This document shows, piece by piece, positions 36,560-50,589 of a stretch of DNA of 64,000 nucleotides. Position 1 is the stretch's first letter, and each line of letters begins with the position of its first letter. The stretch is from assembly GCA_043228905.1 (NCBI GenBank), contig JBHGNT010000011.1, forward strand, positions 10,292,001 to 10,356,000, given 5' to 3'. The notes beneath the pieces are model-generated. The model made no database searches and was not told the DNA's origin. It saw only the letters and a program-made list of their open reading frames with translations. The DNA comes from Azolla caroliniana. Taxonomy: Eukaryota; Plantae; Polypodiophyta. A program made the translations under genes and the position numbers.

Positions 36560-36968
36560 AGATTTCGTTTTCCACCATCGACAATATCCACTCAACTCCT
36601 ATTAACGCCAAAGCTCAAGTTGTGTTGGAATTGGTCAACCCCATAACTCTTTGGATTCTATGGAAACACCGATGTAGACGGCTCTTCTCCAACCAAACCG
36701 TGCATCACGTAATGTTAATGTAGGTCCAAATATGGAATGAAGTTGTAGTCACTCTAAAGAGCCAATACGATGGCCTCACGGGCGAATCCGATGGAGTTGA
36801 AAGACAACGATTAGCCTTCATCCACCACTGGTCATCCTCTCCTTTTCTTGAGTCAGTGGGCATCCACATAAGATGGAACTATTGCATCCCTATAGGGATT
36901 TGTATATAACACTCACCTGTAAAATTTTATAACTAATGGATGAAGTTTTTTTGGAAACAAAAAGAAAA
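36560..36968 (+). mobile_element. 5'-truncated L1-type LINE (3' end only)
   Basis: 15-bp TSD GAAATGCTATTATAG (36545-36559, 36969-36983), A-rich tail, and LWILWKHRCRRLF, typical of the L1 ORF2 C-terminus. Confidence 0.8.
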
Positions 36969-38534
36969 GAAATGCTATTATAGGAGAGTATTTATTTTAT
37001 AACACACATAATGTGATACATTTTTTAGCAAAAACAATGAGATATCTAGATATTTTCAAGTCAACAATATTGGTATGACAACTTTATCCAAAACTCTTTA
37101 TTATGGGCTTCTCATTCTCGGCTAAAGTTTACCATTTCAAACAATCATTAATCACCATAGACGTGAACATTCTATTGGTTTATGCATGCTTTTGCACACA
37201 ATCTACACCATTCAATTTTTATGTTTTTAAATTTCTTCGTAGTGGACTTTACCATCTTCCCCCATGTACACACACCCATTCATATTTTATATGTTGTCAA
37301 TCTCTATGACCTAAAGAATACCACTAAATTGTGCATGATTCTAGTCATCATCAATCGCATTGACCCATCAAATAATATGGAGAAAAAACTAGTTGTTTTT
37401 CTTCCACGCTTATTGTATTGTTAAAATTGCTATTCTTAATGAGTGCCTTGTACTAATCCTCTTTTGTTCTCTTTGTGGAAGAGCTTTGTTGTTTTCTCTT
37501 GCAATCTCTTTCTTCAATTAGCTTGTTGAAGTGGCCTCCAACCAATTGTGTTATGTCTTCTTATCCATCTTTAAGGAAAACTTGAACAAAATAGCCTTCA
37601 TTCCCATATTCAAGAGCTTTTATGTTGAAGATGGTACATTGATCACGACGATCATTTCAAAGAGTGGCTAGATTCTAATGTGTGTTTTTGTATTGAAATT
37701 CAACAAGATTTCAAGAGTCTATAATGGATTAATGGTTTGGACCAAAAGTTTCCATTTTTTGGTTATCACAAAACCAATCTTTCCATGGTTCATTTAAGAC
37801 CAACCCCAAAATGGCGCCACAAGAATACGAAACTTGGTATTAGTCGCCACATATAACCATGTCCATGAGGTATATGAACTTTGGTTATTCTATACCAATC
37901 TAGGTTTTTATCATAAAAAATATGAGAGAAAATATGAGTTTACTATAGGCTCCAATAAAAATTGATTTAACTATCAGATTAAAAACTAATCTTTTAACGA
38001 TAAAGGGGACAATCCCCATGATAGCCCTAAAAATTTCCCTAGCTTCTCAATTTGAAAAAACTATGCAAACCTTTATCAGGCTATAGTACCTTCAATTATT
38101 TTATTTTAAATATAGTGGCATGTTTCTGAGAAGGTAGATATGACATTTTCATAAAATTGGACCTGCATTGGATAGACATGCACAACACCTTACAATTTCC
38201 CTAGCAAATGAAGACATTGAAAATTGGCATTCAATCTGATTCATTCATTGCAATCTCTCTTGATACTAGAAGTGTTGCCATCATTCAAGCATCTTCTTTT
38301 GTATTATACAATAAAATTATACACCAGCCGTAATATTGTAATCGGATTGTAGGCTTCCCTTTGGTGAAGAAAAGGTAGAAGATAAGTTCCTTTGCTATTT
38401 ATATTGACTATCTTACACTTGATTTGCCCAAAACAAAATGGGACATCAAATAATCAGTACTTGGTGTACAAATCATAAATAAATAATCAGATATTTGATG
38501 TAGTTATTAGGAATAAATTATTCATATTGGATGT

Positions 38535-41500
38535 TTAGCGAAGGTCAGCAACTTGATACTGTAAACCTTCACTAAGTAGGACATGAGCACAACTTTCATA
38601 AATAGGCTTCCCATCAGTTGGTGTGTCATGTGGGTGAAATCCACGTAATGAGCATTTCTGGATTGTTTTGATACCTCCAGGATCAGATAGTCGAAATATA
38701 CCATATTTCCTGCAAGGCATTAACTTAATGAATAGTTCAAGAATTTTAACTTGATAGACTATCCAATCCAAAAACTATCATGAAAATGAAATGGGTTTTC
38801 TAAATTATCAATCAAAAGCATGATGTTAAAATTTGAGAAACTTAATCAATCATCCAATAACCATGATAAAAATGAGACAGGGATTTGCTATTAAACTTAA
38901 TCAGACATCTCATAACCATAATGAAAATAGATTAGTACTTACTATGAACTTAATCAACAACCCAAATAGTCATGATGAAAATAAGATGAGTATTTACTAT
39001 GAACTTAATCAACCACCCAAATAGTCATGATGAAAATAAGATGAGTATTTACTATGAACTTAATCAACCACCCAAATAGCCATGAACTTAATCAACCATC
39101 CACCAAACCATATAATTTTCCCTGGGCATTGAATTTACCTTCGGTCAGTTGGAGCCATGACAATGGCAATAGCTTCTGGCAACATAACCTGCCATACCAT
39201 AAATATTAATGTGTTGAGAAGTGCTTTTTCTTACAATGTAGACATTGAACTGTATGAATAATTGCTTCAAAAGCTAGCAACCTGGTATGAATAATGAGTA
39301 TGAAGGTCAACCGATGACATAAAACAAGATTGTGTTGGATGTGTCTGCACAAAAGAGTCATATCAAGTATTGACACCTAAACCTAATGGCATGGATCAAA
39401 CAATGGATTTTTTTGTCTTACATGAATCCACCCTAGTTGAAATAGGCCACGCTTGTCTTGCCAATCAAAAATCTCCTCTTCATTTGTTGTATGACACTAA
39501 AAAATTTGAACCACAAAAAACATATCATTGACAAACTTTTTACATAGGATCTAAGGTTTTTAATATCAACCAACTAGAGCATAAGTGATTATTACACGAT
39601 GCTCAAAATATTATTGAGTTATAGAGATATATGGACTTGCATCATTTCTTAAGTGCAAATCTATAAGCTTTTCCCTTACCGTGTTCGTAGTTCCCTGCTG
39701 TTTTGGGATGATGAGAGCAGTAATATAGAACGTAGAATTTTTCTGAAAGGATCAGAGCAAACTCAAATCATGTATGTTTTATTGGGCAGTTTTCTAAATT
39801 AAATTTTATCATAATCTCAAATACTCGATCTTTTATTGGATAACTTTCCAGATTGACTTTTTTCATTTATGTAGCTTACAAGAGAACCGGCAAGGACTCC
39901 ACATGTCTCAATACTCTTATCAGTATTTCTCTTAGCAAACTTCATAAACTCCTCCATCAACTTTGCAGGCTACAGATTCAGCATAAAAATAGAATTAGAC
40001 TTTACACATATACAATTATTGTTGTCAACTAAAGAACAAAAGAGTTGCACAAAATTTACAATGTGTAGCTCTTTCGGAGCTTCTGTCTGCTTTAAATTGT
40101 CTGTAAGCAAGGGTAGAGCTGTGACTGGCTCAGCTTCAGTAGAAGGCTGTGATGAATTAATGGGGTCACAAAGCTGCATTAGATCAGCAATAACTGACAG
40201 TTCTTGTACAGGTGCAGCCACTGGTGGAGGTGATGGTTGCTTTATTAACTTTGGTTCTGAGCAATTATCACCAGAGCTATCTTCAGGCTCCCTCTTAGGA
40301 TTAGGCTGAGGTTCTAATTCAGATAATTTTGAAACTTCTGTATTGCATAGTACACTGTCCCAGGATTGCTCCAAGCTGTTCCAGAGAAAATCATCAGGAA
40401 TATTGGAGTTTCACTCAAACATCTTTCAAGAAGTATGGCAATACCTTGATATGTCCATTGTAACATTGTGGCTAGGATACTCGATCTAGAACATGAACTA
40501 GTTCGTTATTACTTATTCTTAGTTAAACAAGGCTCAAAACAAGATACATTATACTCAAAGAAAGTACCCTTGCTTGTGTGGTTGGAGGATTCCAGCGTGC
40601 CCGTAGACCATCAGGACCCAAAATGGAATGCTTTGAGAGTGTCTCTTTATTTGGAAGAGTGAACTTCTGTGCACTATGCATTAAGAAACAAAAAATATTG
40701 CAACATGTGAGAGCAAACAGAATAAGAATAGATCATGAAAACTAACTCTCAAGCTTCAAAATGTAACTATGGCCATATAATTATAATTGTACATATATAT
40801 AACTGGTTTAAAAGAGGAGTGTGAAACTGAAGGAAACTGACCACAAATCTTTATTTCTAAATGAATCAACCGAGCAGTAAAAGACTACGGAGGTTCACTA
40901 TACTTGATATGGCTAAAACTTATGATACCTCTAGTATCTATGCATATAACATGCTCTTGATGATTCAGATTAGGAATGCAAGCTTATATTCATTCGCATT
41001 ATTTGTTACTCATATAATCTTTATTTTAATTTTTAGCAAAAATAAAAGTCTGAGTATCTCATTTCAGTTCCTTGTTTAGCAACTCGGACACTTGTTTCTA
41101 TTTCTCACCATTCCATTAGCTGATGTTCAAAATTCTAGCATTGTTACTGAGTATGGGAAAATGATCTAGAATTCAGACACAATTAAAGGCATACTAGAAA
41201 TTAGAACAAGCAAAATTCAAAAAACTGGCAAAATTGCAAGAGGAACTTATATATCCATGTATTTCCAGGACAATGCAGTGTAAAGTGGCTGTTGCATTAT
41301 CGCAAACAAAAATGACAGTTGACTGATAGTTGACAGGCAGAGCTTCACCAGTGACAGCATACCAAAATGAGTTTTAGATCAATATCTCCATACCAACTCA
41401 TGGTAGAGGCTATAGATCTAGTCGTAAGTAATCTTGTTTCTCAACAGAATGTTCACTTGAAGCCTTAGTCAAAGAAAAAGATAGTAGTAGAGCCTTTAAA

Positions 41501-44500
41501 CTGTACAGTGGGACTATTAAATCCCCACTGCGGCATATAATTTAAGAAAAACTTTATAATACCATAGAATTCGGTATATAGAAAATAGTCAAGAAACTAT
41601 AGACAAACAAATGTGTACTATCAGAGAGCACAAATGTTCACAACATGCTACATAAAAGAAAACAGGAAGATGTGCTTCTAAGTCATGATTCCAATCATAG
41701 CAATGGGACTCTTCCAAAACTTGATATTCGATAAGAACTAATACTGATAAGACGTAATTTTTTGTAAACACGTTTTAGATTTACTAAAACAAATACACAA
41801 TGATGACAGTTTGCCGCATCATTTTATAATTTTCGAAAAATCTGAAGTTAAGATCCTCTTTTACAATTCCAGATAAAAAGATTGTGGTGATTTCTAATAA
41901 TATATATACATATATACTGTACAGATGCTTCTTGTAATATATAGAGAATTTATAAATGTTCTGGTTGGTGTTTCAGTTCAACGTCTACCACAGGTGAAAT
42001 GTTTTGGGCTGCACCAGGAAGTTTCAAGGGAATCAAACATTTCACGGTGATGTTGACCGCCAAAGATATGAGAGTGAACCTTACATGTTGAGTTGCATAA
42101 TGCTGAGTTCAGACATCATGTGGACTTATATGAACACCTTGGAATATTCTCCAAATCATTATCTTAAATCCTAGTTGTCTCCTCCAAATGAATGTGAGGA
42201 CCAGGCTGCCTCGGCAACCAAGTTACCCACAGAACTTCCCACTAAGTGGACATATCCAATGTATAATCCATCACTATACATCAATTCAATGTTGTATAAA
42301 ACAGGTAATAAAAGTGAAACAGAGTAGAGATGGACTGTTTTCTCAAATTTGAAAGGCAGTGACAGTCTTGTCACACAAAAGTCGTCTATTTCAGAAAGAG
42401 CAAACACATGATTGCAAGAAAAGACGTAGATTTCTCTTACCTGACTAAGCCCAGTGGAATATTTTACCTAAACCTAGGAATAAATTAATTGGGTCATTTG
42501 AAATTATGCAAAATATGATTTCCATCACTTTAAACTCTGAAATTAGAGTTAGAATAACAAGCATAAATCTCTCTTAGAGCAAGGGTTTACAATGATCATA
42601 ACACCAACTTGCATCTCAATCAGAGTAGATTATTATGGAACCATAATGAGTATCACATCCTAGCCATTATACATGGCTCTACACTATATGGAAAAACAAC
42701 TGAACTTTTTGCTTCAGAGTCTTGACCTACTAGTAGTTTTGGCACTTACTAGTAGTTAGTTGTAAGTGCATAGAATGGACTAACTTATACCTACATGGGG
42801 AAATTAGAATATAGGCAATCCATTAAGACTCCTGCCTGAGATTGCAATATGTCTAACGGAAAAGTCACATATAGGAGCTCAAGTCTCACAAACATAATGT
42901 TCACTAAATTTGGCAATGACAAACACTTGCATCAATGGAGAAGTTAGACATCATAGAACTCTTCCAATAGCATGGAAATGCAGCAAAATTTAAAAGTCAT
43001 AGTTGAGCAACTTACAAGCTATTTGCTTGTTGTCCATTGTGATACAGATTACCTTGAGAAACAGATCCATTCTGCAAAACAGAAAGATTTATATGTCATT
43101 TCTCTCTAAAAACTGGGTATGCACATTTCAACCATCCAAAGATACCTTTCCAGAGCCAAAAACCTTTGTTTGACTCATTGATATTGGAGGCCATTCATAG
43201 TGCCTGTCCACAGAGCTTTCTAAAGCAGCAGTACTGGATATTTCATTATTTATCCTGTCAACTTGTATCCGCACCTCAGGTTTGAGTTTTTCAAGTTCTG
43301 CCAAAATAATTCCAAACTTTTGATTGTAGACAGATCTCTCCCTCGAAGAAAAGGTTCTGTACTCTAGGTGTTCAGGAATAGTCTCCCCAACAAGACTGCA
43401 TTAAGACAAACCAAATCATATTTACTTCTGCATTCCAAAGACTCATACCACTCATTCATAGTACATGTGATTACTGTTTATTTCCATCCAGTGAAAACAT
43501 CATTACACAGCTGGTGATAGCTGCAGAGATCTTGGGATTCACAAATCTCCTGAAAATTGGTAGGAACCTTATAAATTACAGAACTAAATGAAACGGAACC
43601 TCAAACATCGTGATGAACGGACAGCAGCAAGCAGCACATCTAAGATTGGCTTTACCATTGTCATCTTAGATCACATCAGGCATGCAAACATGCTAGAGAA
43701 TAATTCATCCTGCGGAATTTGAACTTGCATTTACATAAAAGGTAGGGGGGAAACCCAGGAAGGAACCTAAGTATCCCTAGCACATTGAGAAGTTTGAGGA
43801 GACACCATTTAGTTTCTACCTTGTATCCCTGATTTGAAAATAAATATTGATTTCATAATATTGAGCCTTCAAAGTTTTATAAACTATCTTCCATAATATC
43901 CAAATGAAATCCACTAATACTATCAGGCTGCATAAATCTGCTTATTGTCTAGTTTAGCCTCACACATTTAACTTTTCAAGAACAAAATAAGAACGTCCAT
44001 TTTTTAAAGTGACCAAATCAGAATCATCATATCCACAGGCCCCAAAAACAGCAGTATTCCCACAGACTAATGCAATTGTGGTTCGGAATAAGGATCAATA
44101 TATAGCATAAATGCATTTAAATTGCACCTCATAAATGAGATAATATCGAGTGCTACTGAACCAACCAAAAGAAGAACATAACATCTTCAAAACGTTTTTA
44201 ACTAATATCAAACAATCAATTATGATGTCAGCAGTCACTTGTTGCAGTTTGAAATAACTTGAAAGTCAAAAAGCTACCTACCTAGTTCATCACCTCCATG
44301 GCCTAGTTTCCTCAAACAGGAGCCATGACTACAACCAAATCTTTGAGCTCCAATATGGAATAGCCACATCTGGAGATTTAACCTATTGTCTTCTGCCACT
44401 GCTGCAAGTCCCTGCTAAATCTATGCTATAAGTGTCTTTATGATTTTATTTGTAATGTGTGACTCCTGACAGTAACATATATTGTCTGTGTGTGTGCTGC

Positions 44501-46257
44501 ATTCATTTTTGGTGCAACTATAATACTCCAACGGCTGTATCTATTGATCCATCCATATATTTCATAGTTCACTTCAAAGGACAAATATATAATCAATGGC
44601 AACGACATGCAACTAGCAGATGCATTACAAAAAGTTATACAGCAAATTTGAGCTCCTTGGCTGCTCAGATTATGGAAACAGCATCAGATAACATATTATC
44701 CTTTTGCGGCTACTCTAATTTCCCTTTCGGATCGTTCTTCCTTTTGTAGATTAGACTTGGTTGTCTAAGACCTTGTGATATTTTGACTTCAGTATTTTTC
44801 TCCTTTACAGGAGACAACTCAGAGAACCTAGTCGCACTCCACCATTCTCACCTCACTTATGTGATTTAGAAACTTCTAGGATATATCAAAGAATGAGTAT
44901 AGCCTATGAAGTCTGGAGCAAACAGACAACCATGTATGAGTCAGCCACTATAGTGAACAAGGCTCACCTAATGTGGAAACTCTTGGCTTCACAACTTGAG
45001 GCGACTATGTTGGCTACATCTCTAAATTCAGAGATAGGCTAAATCAGCTTGCAGATGTAGAATTGCAGGCCTTGGAAGAAGAAATGAAGACTATATTCTT
45101 ACTCATGACATTGCCAAAGTCATGGAAAGCATTGGTGATCTCACTATCCAGCAATCCAAATCTCATATTTGATGGTGTGGAAGAACCAATCCACAACAAA
45201 GAAATCCACAGAAAAAGCCAAAGAAGCAATCCAACATAGAACACCCACCTATTCTGCAATAAAGGTGGCAACCTAATGCCAACCTATTCTGTAATAAATG
45301 CAGTATCCTACTGCCAACCAATGCCGTTATAAGTGTGGCAGCCTAATCAGCTTCAACTCAGATAGTTTTTAAAATAGAAGGATGACATGCCTTGCATTGA
45401 AGACCCTATGGAGAGTCAGGAACTTTATTCTAGGCTTGTATCCCTTTCTCTATTGTGAAGCCCTTTTTTTGCCCTTTGGTCTCTATCCTGCCCTCAGGTT
45501 TTCCTTTCTCTAAGGTGTGTTTCAGCAACTGCATTTTTACTTACGGCTGCATGCATATCAATTGTTTTGGTCCAATCAATTCCATAAACCCTACAACCCA
45601 AACTACAAAGTTACTACATAATGATAATATAAATGAGCCAAAAAGTTTGAGAATCATGAGGAGCAGAGAAAACAATGTTATTAATTAAAGAAATGATAAA
45701 TTGCAGTGGCATACTGTAAATTCCATATCATGAATAATTATCCCTTATAAAGTTATTACATAGCGATAATATAAATGAGCCATAAAGTTTGAGAACCATG
45801 AGGAGCTGAGAAAACAAAGATATTAATTAAAGAAATTATAAATTGCAGTGGCATATGGTAAATTCCATATCATGAGTAATTATCTCTTGCGCCATTTGTT
45901 TCTTACGGTCTACAATACGACCTCATGGAAATCATGCAACCATCTTTGACATCTCAACGCTAGTACTCATGCATTGAAACTCAAATTCATATTCATTATT
46001 GTTGAGAGAAACTTCCTTTCAAAATACAAGACATAAAACAAACACAAATTAAAAGTTCAGTACAAAGTAGTGCACCTGGAAAACCGAAGGAGTAAAACGT
46101 AAAGCTCAATTATATTTCCCTCCTCCCTGTAAATGTTCGCCTGGTGGATACAATAATAAATTAGTTTAGGTGCCCTCATAAGCTAAAACACCTGCTGAAT
46201 TCAGGAGTTTGCAGTTTGGAAGACTTAAAGGCAACAGAAACCCATAGAAATATGCAT

Positions 46258-46306
<49 letters not shown>

Positions 46307-47756
46307 CTGCTAAATTCCTATAAATATATGATATTTTCTAGAACGTAAGACATATCATGTCAGGCATAAAAATGGAGGACAGCAGATTACTGCGGAATAT
46401 TTTTCCAAACACTAGATGAGATCAATATATATCAATATATATATATATATATTCTGCCAAATTCCTATACATATATATGATGTTTGCCAAAAAGGAAACG
46501 TGGCAGATCACCACAATCAAAGAAAACTTTCCCAAATACTGGTCGAGATTGTACAACGGGCCACAACTCTCTGGTTGATGATATTTATAGAGGGAATAAA
46601 TGCAATAGAAGTATATGAATTTTCGGTTATGCAATATTCTGCCAGTTTCCTATAGACTTATCATCTTTTTTCATGAGTTTCTATAATTTCCTGCATGAAA
46701 TTTCCTGAACATAGGGTGTGATAGTCAAACAGCCCAAATGAAGCAGAAATATATGATAAAGAATGTAATTTTCAGTTGCACACTGAACATCTGATGGAGG
46801 ATGATATCACATGCCATTACTAAAGAACCAATTTCCCCAAGAAAGGATGAAGTCATATATTAGGCCAGAACATGGCATATATGGTAAAGGAATGCAGACA
46901 TATTTTTCCTGTCCTTTCATGCATGAATAAAGAAACTCAAGATGATTTGCAAAGAAACTTTCATGGGTATGGAATTAGATCATATGGTCAGCCTAAACAA
47001 AGCATAAGTTAAAACAATGAAATTTCCACGCTCACATTAGTGGTATTTTCTATTATTTCATGCATGAACAAGAAACTCAAGTAGATTACTAATAAAAAAG
47101 CCCTGAACACTGGATGAGATCGCCAACAATAAGCATCCACATATGGTAAACAATGCAATTTCCGCATGTATATCAAGCATATGAGAATGAGATTATCCAA
47201 ATATAAGATAAAGAGTCCAATTTTCACACAAACACTAAGCATTTGAGGATGAGATCGTACAATCTCACGCTGAAAAAAACATAACGTAGATGCTAAATGA
47301 TGAACTTATTGATCTGTTATATTATCTCATGCTTTCTAATTATTTCATGCATGAAAAGGAAACTCCACAAAATTAACTAAAGAAGATTTCCCGAATACCA
47401 ATGAGATCATACAGCCTTGACCCCCTCAAAGTATGCAAAATCCACATGCACATTCGGCATTTTCATTATGATGGTAAGGGATATACATATTGTGATGGGA
47501 TTTCGGATTTAATTATCGGATTATGACATGAAAGAGGTCTGAAAACAGCACTGTGATTGAGAAACAGCACATGGATTCAGCTAAGAAAACGAATCAATGT
47601 GCCATAAACCTATAAAAAGAGATGAGAACGAAAGAATGCAATCACCTGTTTGAGGAGATTGTCTGCAGTGCGAAAATATTTCTTGAGAGGAAATCGGTTA
47701 TCGACCTCGACTTTGCGGGTGTTCTCAGAGATGCTCAATCGACGGGAGGGCCTCAT
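38535..47756 (-). CDS. AMSH: AMSH-like ubiquitin thioesterase (STAM-binding-protein family, JAMM/MPN+ deubiquitinase, AMSH1/AMSH3 type), spliced
   Basis: Frame-consistent GT-AG exons: 47756-47646, 46140-46076, 43395-43146, 43071-43016, 40673-40568, 40485-40445, 40375-40060, 39969-39880, 39742-39680, 39496-39422, 39344-39282, 39188-39139, 38709-38535. N-terminus EVDNRFPLKKYFRTADNLLKQANIYREE; ETCGVLAG; JAMM motif GWIHTHPTQSCFMSSVD; GIFRLSDPGG..GFHPH. Extra exons between 40673 and 43016 cannot be excluded. Confidence 0.93.
38935..39100. repeat. About 56-bp tandem repeat in the last AMSH intron
   Basis: TACTATGAACTTAATCAACCACCCAAATAGTCATGATGAAAATAAGATGAGTATT repeated 2-3 times. Confidence 0.8.
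44780..45250 (+). pseudogene. Old copia gag remnant in AMSH intron 2
   Basis: Translates to LLMTLPKSWKALVISLSSNPNLIFDGV, matching the copia gag LLxSLPxSW motif; boundaries approximate. Confidence 0.55.
45608..45888. repeat. About 142-bp tandem duplication (intronic)
   Basis: GATAATATAAATGAGCCA...AAATTCCATATCATGA present twice. Confidence 0.85.
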
Positions 47757-49130
47757 GGTGCAGAGATTTTACATTCCTGCGGGCGCGAAATTAGGGCAGA
47801 CAGAGGTTGGAAATGAAGAATGGCAGAAGGCAAAAACAAAAGAACAGGATCGAAGAAGAAAGTGCATTTTTGTTGTGCTTGGAAATAGAAAATCCCCGAA
47901 ATACCCCCGTGTCCCCTCCAACCCAGGTTTTCCTTATTCCCCTCCGATGCCCTTCTATGCCCAAGAGCCATCATATCATGTAAACAAATACATAATGTTG
48001 TACCCCTCCTTAATGTTCTTCATGGGTCAAGATATATATATATCTATCTATCTATCTATCATATGAAGAGTTTGAGCTCATTCTTATAATTATTAATTAT
48101 CAAGAGGCTCCGCCCCAACTTCACCCACACCCACACTTTGGCCGGACTTTCAAACCACCCCCCGTTCAGTTGGCAGCTTCGAAGGAGCATAAAGAACAAG
48201 CATTGCTGAAAGCCCGTAGTAATTCTTAGCATGATAACTATTACCATCATTCGTGATAACTAAGGTAAGGGAAATATTTAACCTAATGTCAATACAAACC
48301 TTCGCTTTGTAGAGTTGATACAAGGAATGCATTGATTATGCTTCCAAATATTTTCTTATCTAATGTTTCTTTTTATGAAGAGAAAATGGTCCATCACTTA
48401 CCAAAGAAACATCTCAGTAATTGATTTATCAAAAATCAAGGAAATGTGTAAATTCCTAAAAATTGTGTGACAAATTTCTATTGTTCCATCACTCCATGCA
48501 CGAGAAAGGAAACTTTATCTCTCATTACAAAAACATTTTACACACTCTTAGTCAATTCATATCATTAGCTTGACTTCTTGAAAGGAACCTACTCTTTTAC
48601 GAAGCCTAGTTTATCTCAAATATAATATCCTTGTTGAAAAGTCACATATGAACATATAATCTTTGGTTCTAAATCCATATACAAAATGATAAATGACCAC
48701 ATCGACTAGATCCCAATATACAAAATGAGGTTGAATATCTAAATATCTATGCATGATAACAACACCATTAAATAAACGCCCATCAAAGTGACGAAACTTA
48801 TATTACAGTCAATAGATGTCACATACATAGTGTCCACACTATGACAACATTATTGAAACAAAGATCATCACGCTTTTTCTAATATTCTCATTTATGATAA
48901 ACACACATATATCATATTGTATCCAACATCAAGATGAACATCTTTATAACCATAAACTACTTGAACAGGCGTGAAAATCCTCCTCTATAAGACCTTTGAT
49001 AAAATTTTCATTTAGTTCTTGTGCAACACAAAGTCACCATTTTTGTTGTGCAACATAATTGAGACATTCAATTAGAGCTTTATAAAAATTGTTATGTGCT
49101 CTCATTGCCTTGATTACATCTAGGTCACTA

Positions 49131-49326
49131 ATAACTACTACATTTGTAAGTGGCAAAAAAATGGATTCTTTTTAAAACTGTTTATGGTCGGTTAGTCATG
49201 TTATTGTCAAACAAGACAATGTTGAGATAACTACTACATTTGTAAGTGGCAAAAAAATGGATTCTTTTTAAAACTGTTTACGGTCGGTTAGTCATGTTAT
49301 TGTCAAACAAGACAATGTTGAGATAA
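49131..49326. repeat. 96-bp tandem duplication just upstream of the tRNA genes
   Basis: ATAACTACTACATTTG...GACAATGTTGAG at 49131 and 49227, one mismatch. Confidence 0.95.
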
Positions 49327-49352
49327 GCAGAGCAGTCCTCATATCATACAAT

Positions 49353-49425
49353 GGGGGTGTAGCTCATTTGGTAGAGCACTTGCATGGCATGCAAGAAGTA
49401 CGGGGTTCGAGACCCCGCATCTCCA
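49353..49425 (+). tRNA. tRNA-Ala, anticodon GGC (copy 1)
   Basis: 73-nt cloverleaf: acceptor GGGGGTG/CATCTCC with G3:U70 and A73; D stem GCTC/GAGC; anticodon stem CTTGC/GCAAG with loop ATGGCAT (GGC at 49386-49388); T stem CGGGG/CCCCG with loop TTCGAGA. CAA just upstream and T-tracts downstream. Confidence 0.9.
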
Positions 49426-49624
49426 ATGCACTTTAGCTAGCTATACAACACTTTTGAAGATTTTACAGTGTAAATGACACTTTTGAAGATTTCACAGTCT
49501 TGCACTTTTTAAGATCAAAATATATCACTATTTACTTAAATGATTGTACTTTTTTTCCATTGCCAAAATTGACATGTACGCATTTGAAGAATTCATTACT
49601 TGATCATTTACATATATTGTTAAT

Positions 49625-49697
49625 GGGGGTGTAGCTCATTTGGTAGAGCACTTGCATGGCATGCAAGAAGTACGGGGTTCGAGACCCCGCATCTCCA
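49625..49697 (+). tRNA. tRNA-Ala, anticodon GGC (copy 2, identical to copy 1)
   Basis: Same 73 nt, part of a 272-bp-period tandem duplication (about 49351-49860). Confidence 0.88.
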
Positions 49698-49998
49698 ATG
49701 CAACTTTAGCTATACAACACTTTTGAAGATTTTACAGTGTATATGACACTTTTGAAGATTTCACAGTCTTGCACTTTTTAAGATCAAAATATATCACTAT
49801 TTACTTAAATGATTGTACTTTTTGTCCATTGCCAAAATTGACATGTACACATTGGAAGAAGCCAACACTCGATGATTTAAGTCAATTTATGGGTACATGT
49901 AGCAATGGGCCCGGTTTGGTTTTGGATTCTTGGCCTTGAAACCAAACCATTTATACGTAACCGAACCGTTTAAAAACAATCAAGCCATTTAAACCGAA

Positions 49999-50383
49999 CA
50001 TAGTTCCTAATATTCGCGTACGTCCAATTTACTGGACGTACGCGAACGTTTGCAAACGTACGCGTATGATACGCGATATTCGTTTGGCTTTTTTTTTTTT
50101 CTTTTGACTTTTTTTTGGTTTTTTTAATTTTTGATATTCATAATATTTTGTGAATAGAAATGACATCTGACACACATACACACACTCTCTCTCTCTCTCA
50201 CACGAGAACTGACAGATTTTCTCTCTCTACAAAATCTAGATATCTAATATACATATTACATACTCCCTCACACAGACAAAACCCATAGCTCCTCTCTCTC
50301 TCTCTCTCTCTAGAGTCTAGATATACACTCAATCACTGTCTCCTCACACATGCAAAACAGGGCTTCTCTCTCTAGACCACACA

Positions 50384-50422
<39 letters not shown>

Positions 50423-50589
50423 CCTCACACACACACACACTATGTACACCATATACACCATACGTATATATAATATATCTATGTACCGCGTATGGATTTC
50501 AATCATACTTGGAGCCTTTTCACGTATGAGTATGATACGAATATTGGCGTTTGAGTATGACACGAATGGGACGTATGGCTAGAACTATG
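49999..50589. mobile_element. Non-autonomous hAT-type MITE
   Basis: TIR CATAGTTC/GAACTATG and perfect 8-bp TSD AAACCGAA (49991-49998, 50590-50597). CGTA-rich subterminal repeats; sits in an AAACC-rich repeat that recurs at about 49907 and 50880. Confidence 0.85.

Noticed and set aside
41280-42860. Additional AMSH exons in the long middle intron (e.g. 42441-42467)
   Set aside because: Candidate splice sites gave stops or phase conflicts, and exon 43071-43016 joins 40673 in frame without them. RNA-seq is needed to decide.
47650-48066. 138-aa plus-strand ORF as a separate gene
   Set aside because: It overlaps AMSH exon 1 and its 5' region in antisense and has no recognisable motifs.
49353-49697. 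tRNAs as bacterial contamination or an organellar insertion
   Set aside because: There is no encoded CCA, the body is plant cytosolic-type, and the AT-rich flanks are contiguous with a spliced nuclear gene and contain no bacterial or organellar genes.
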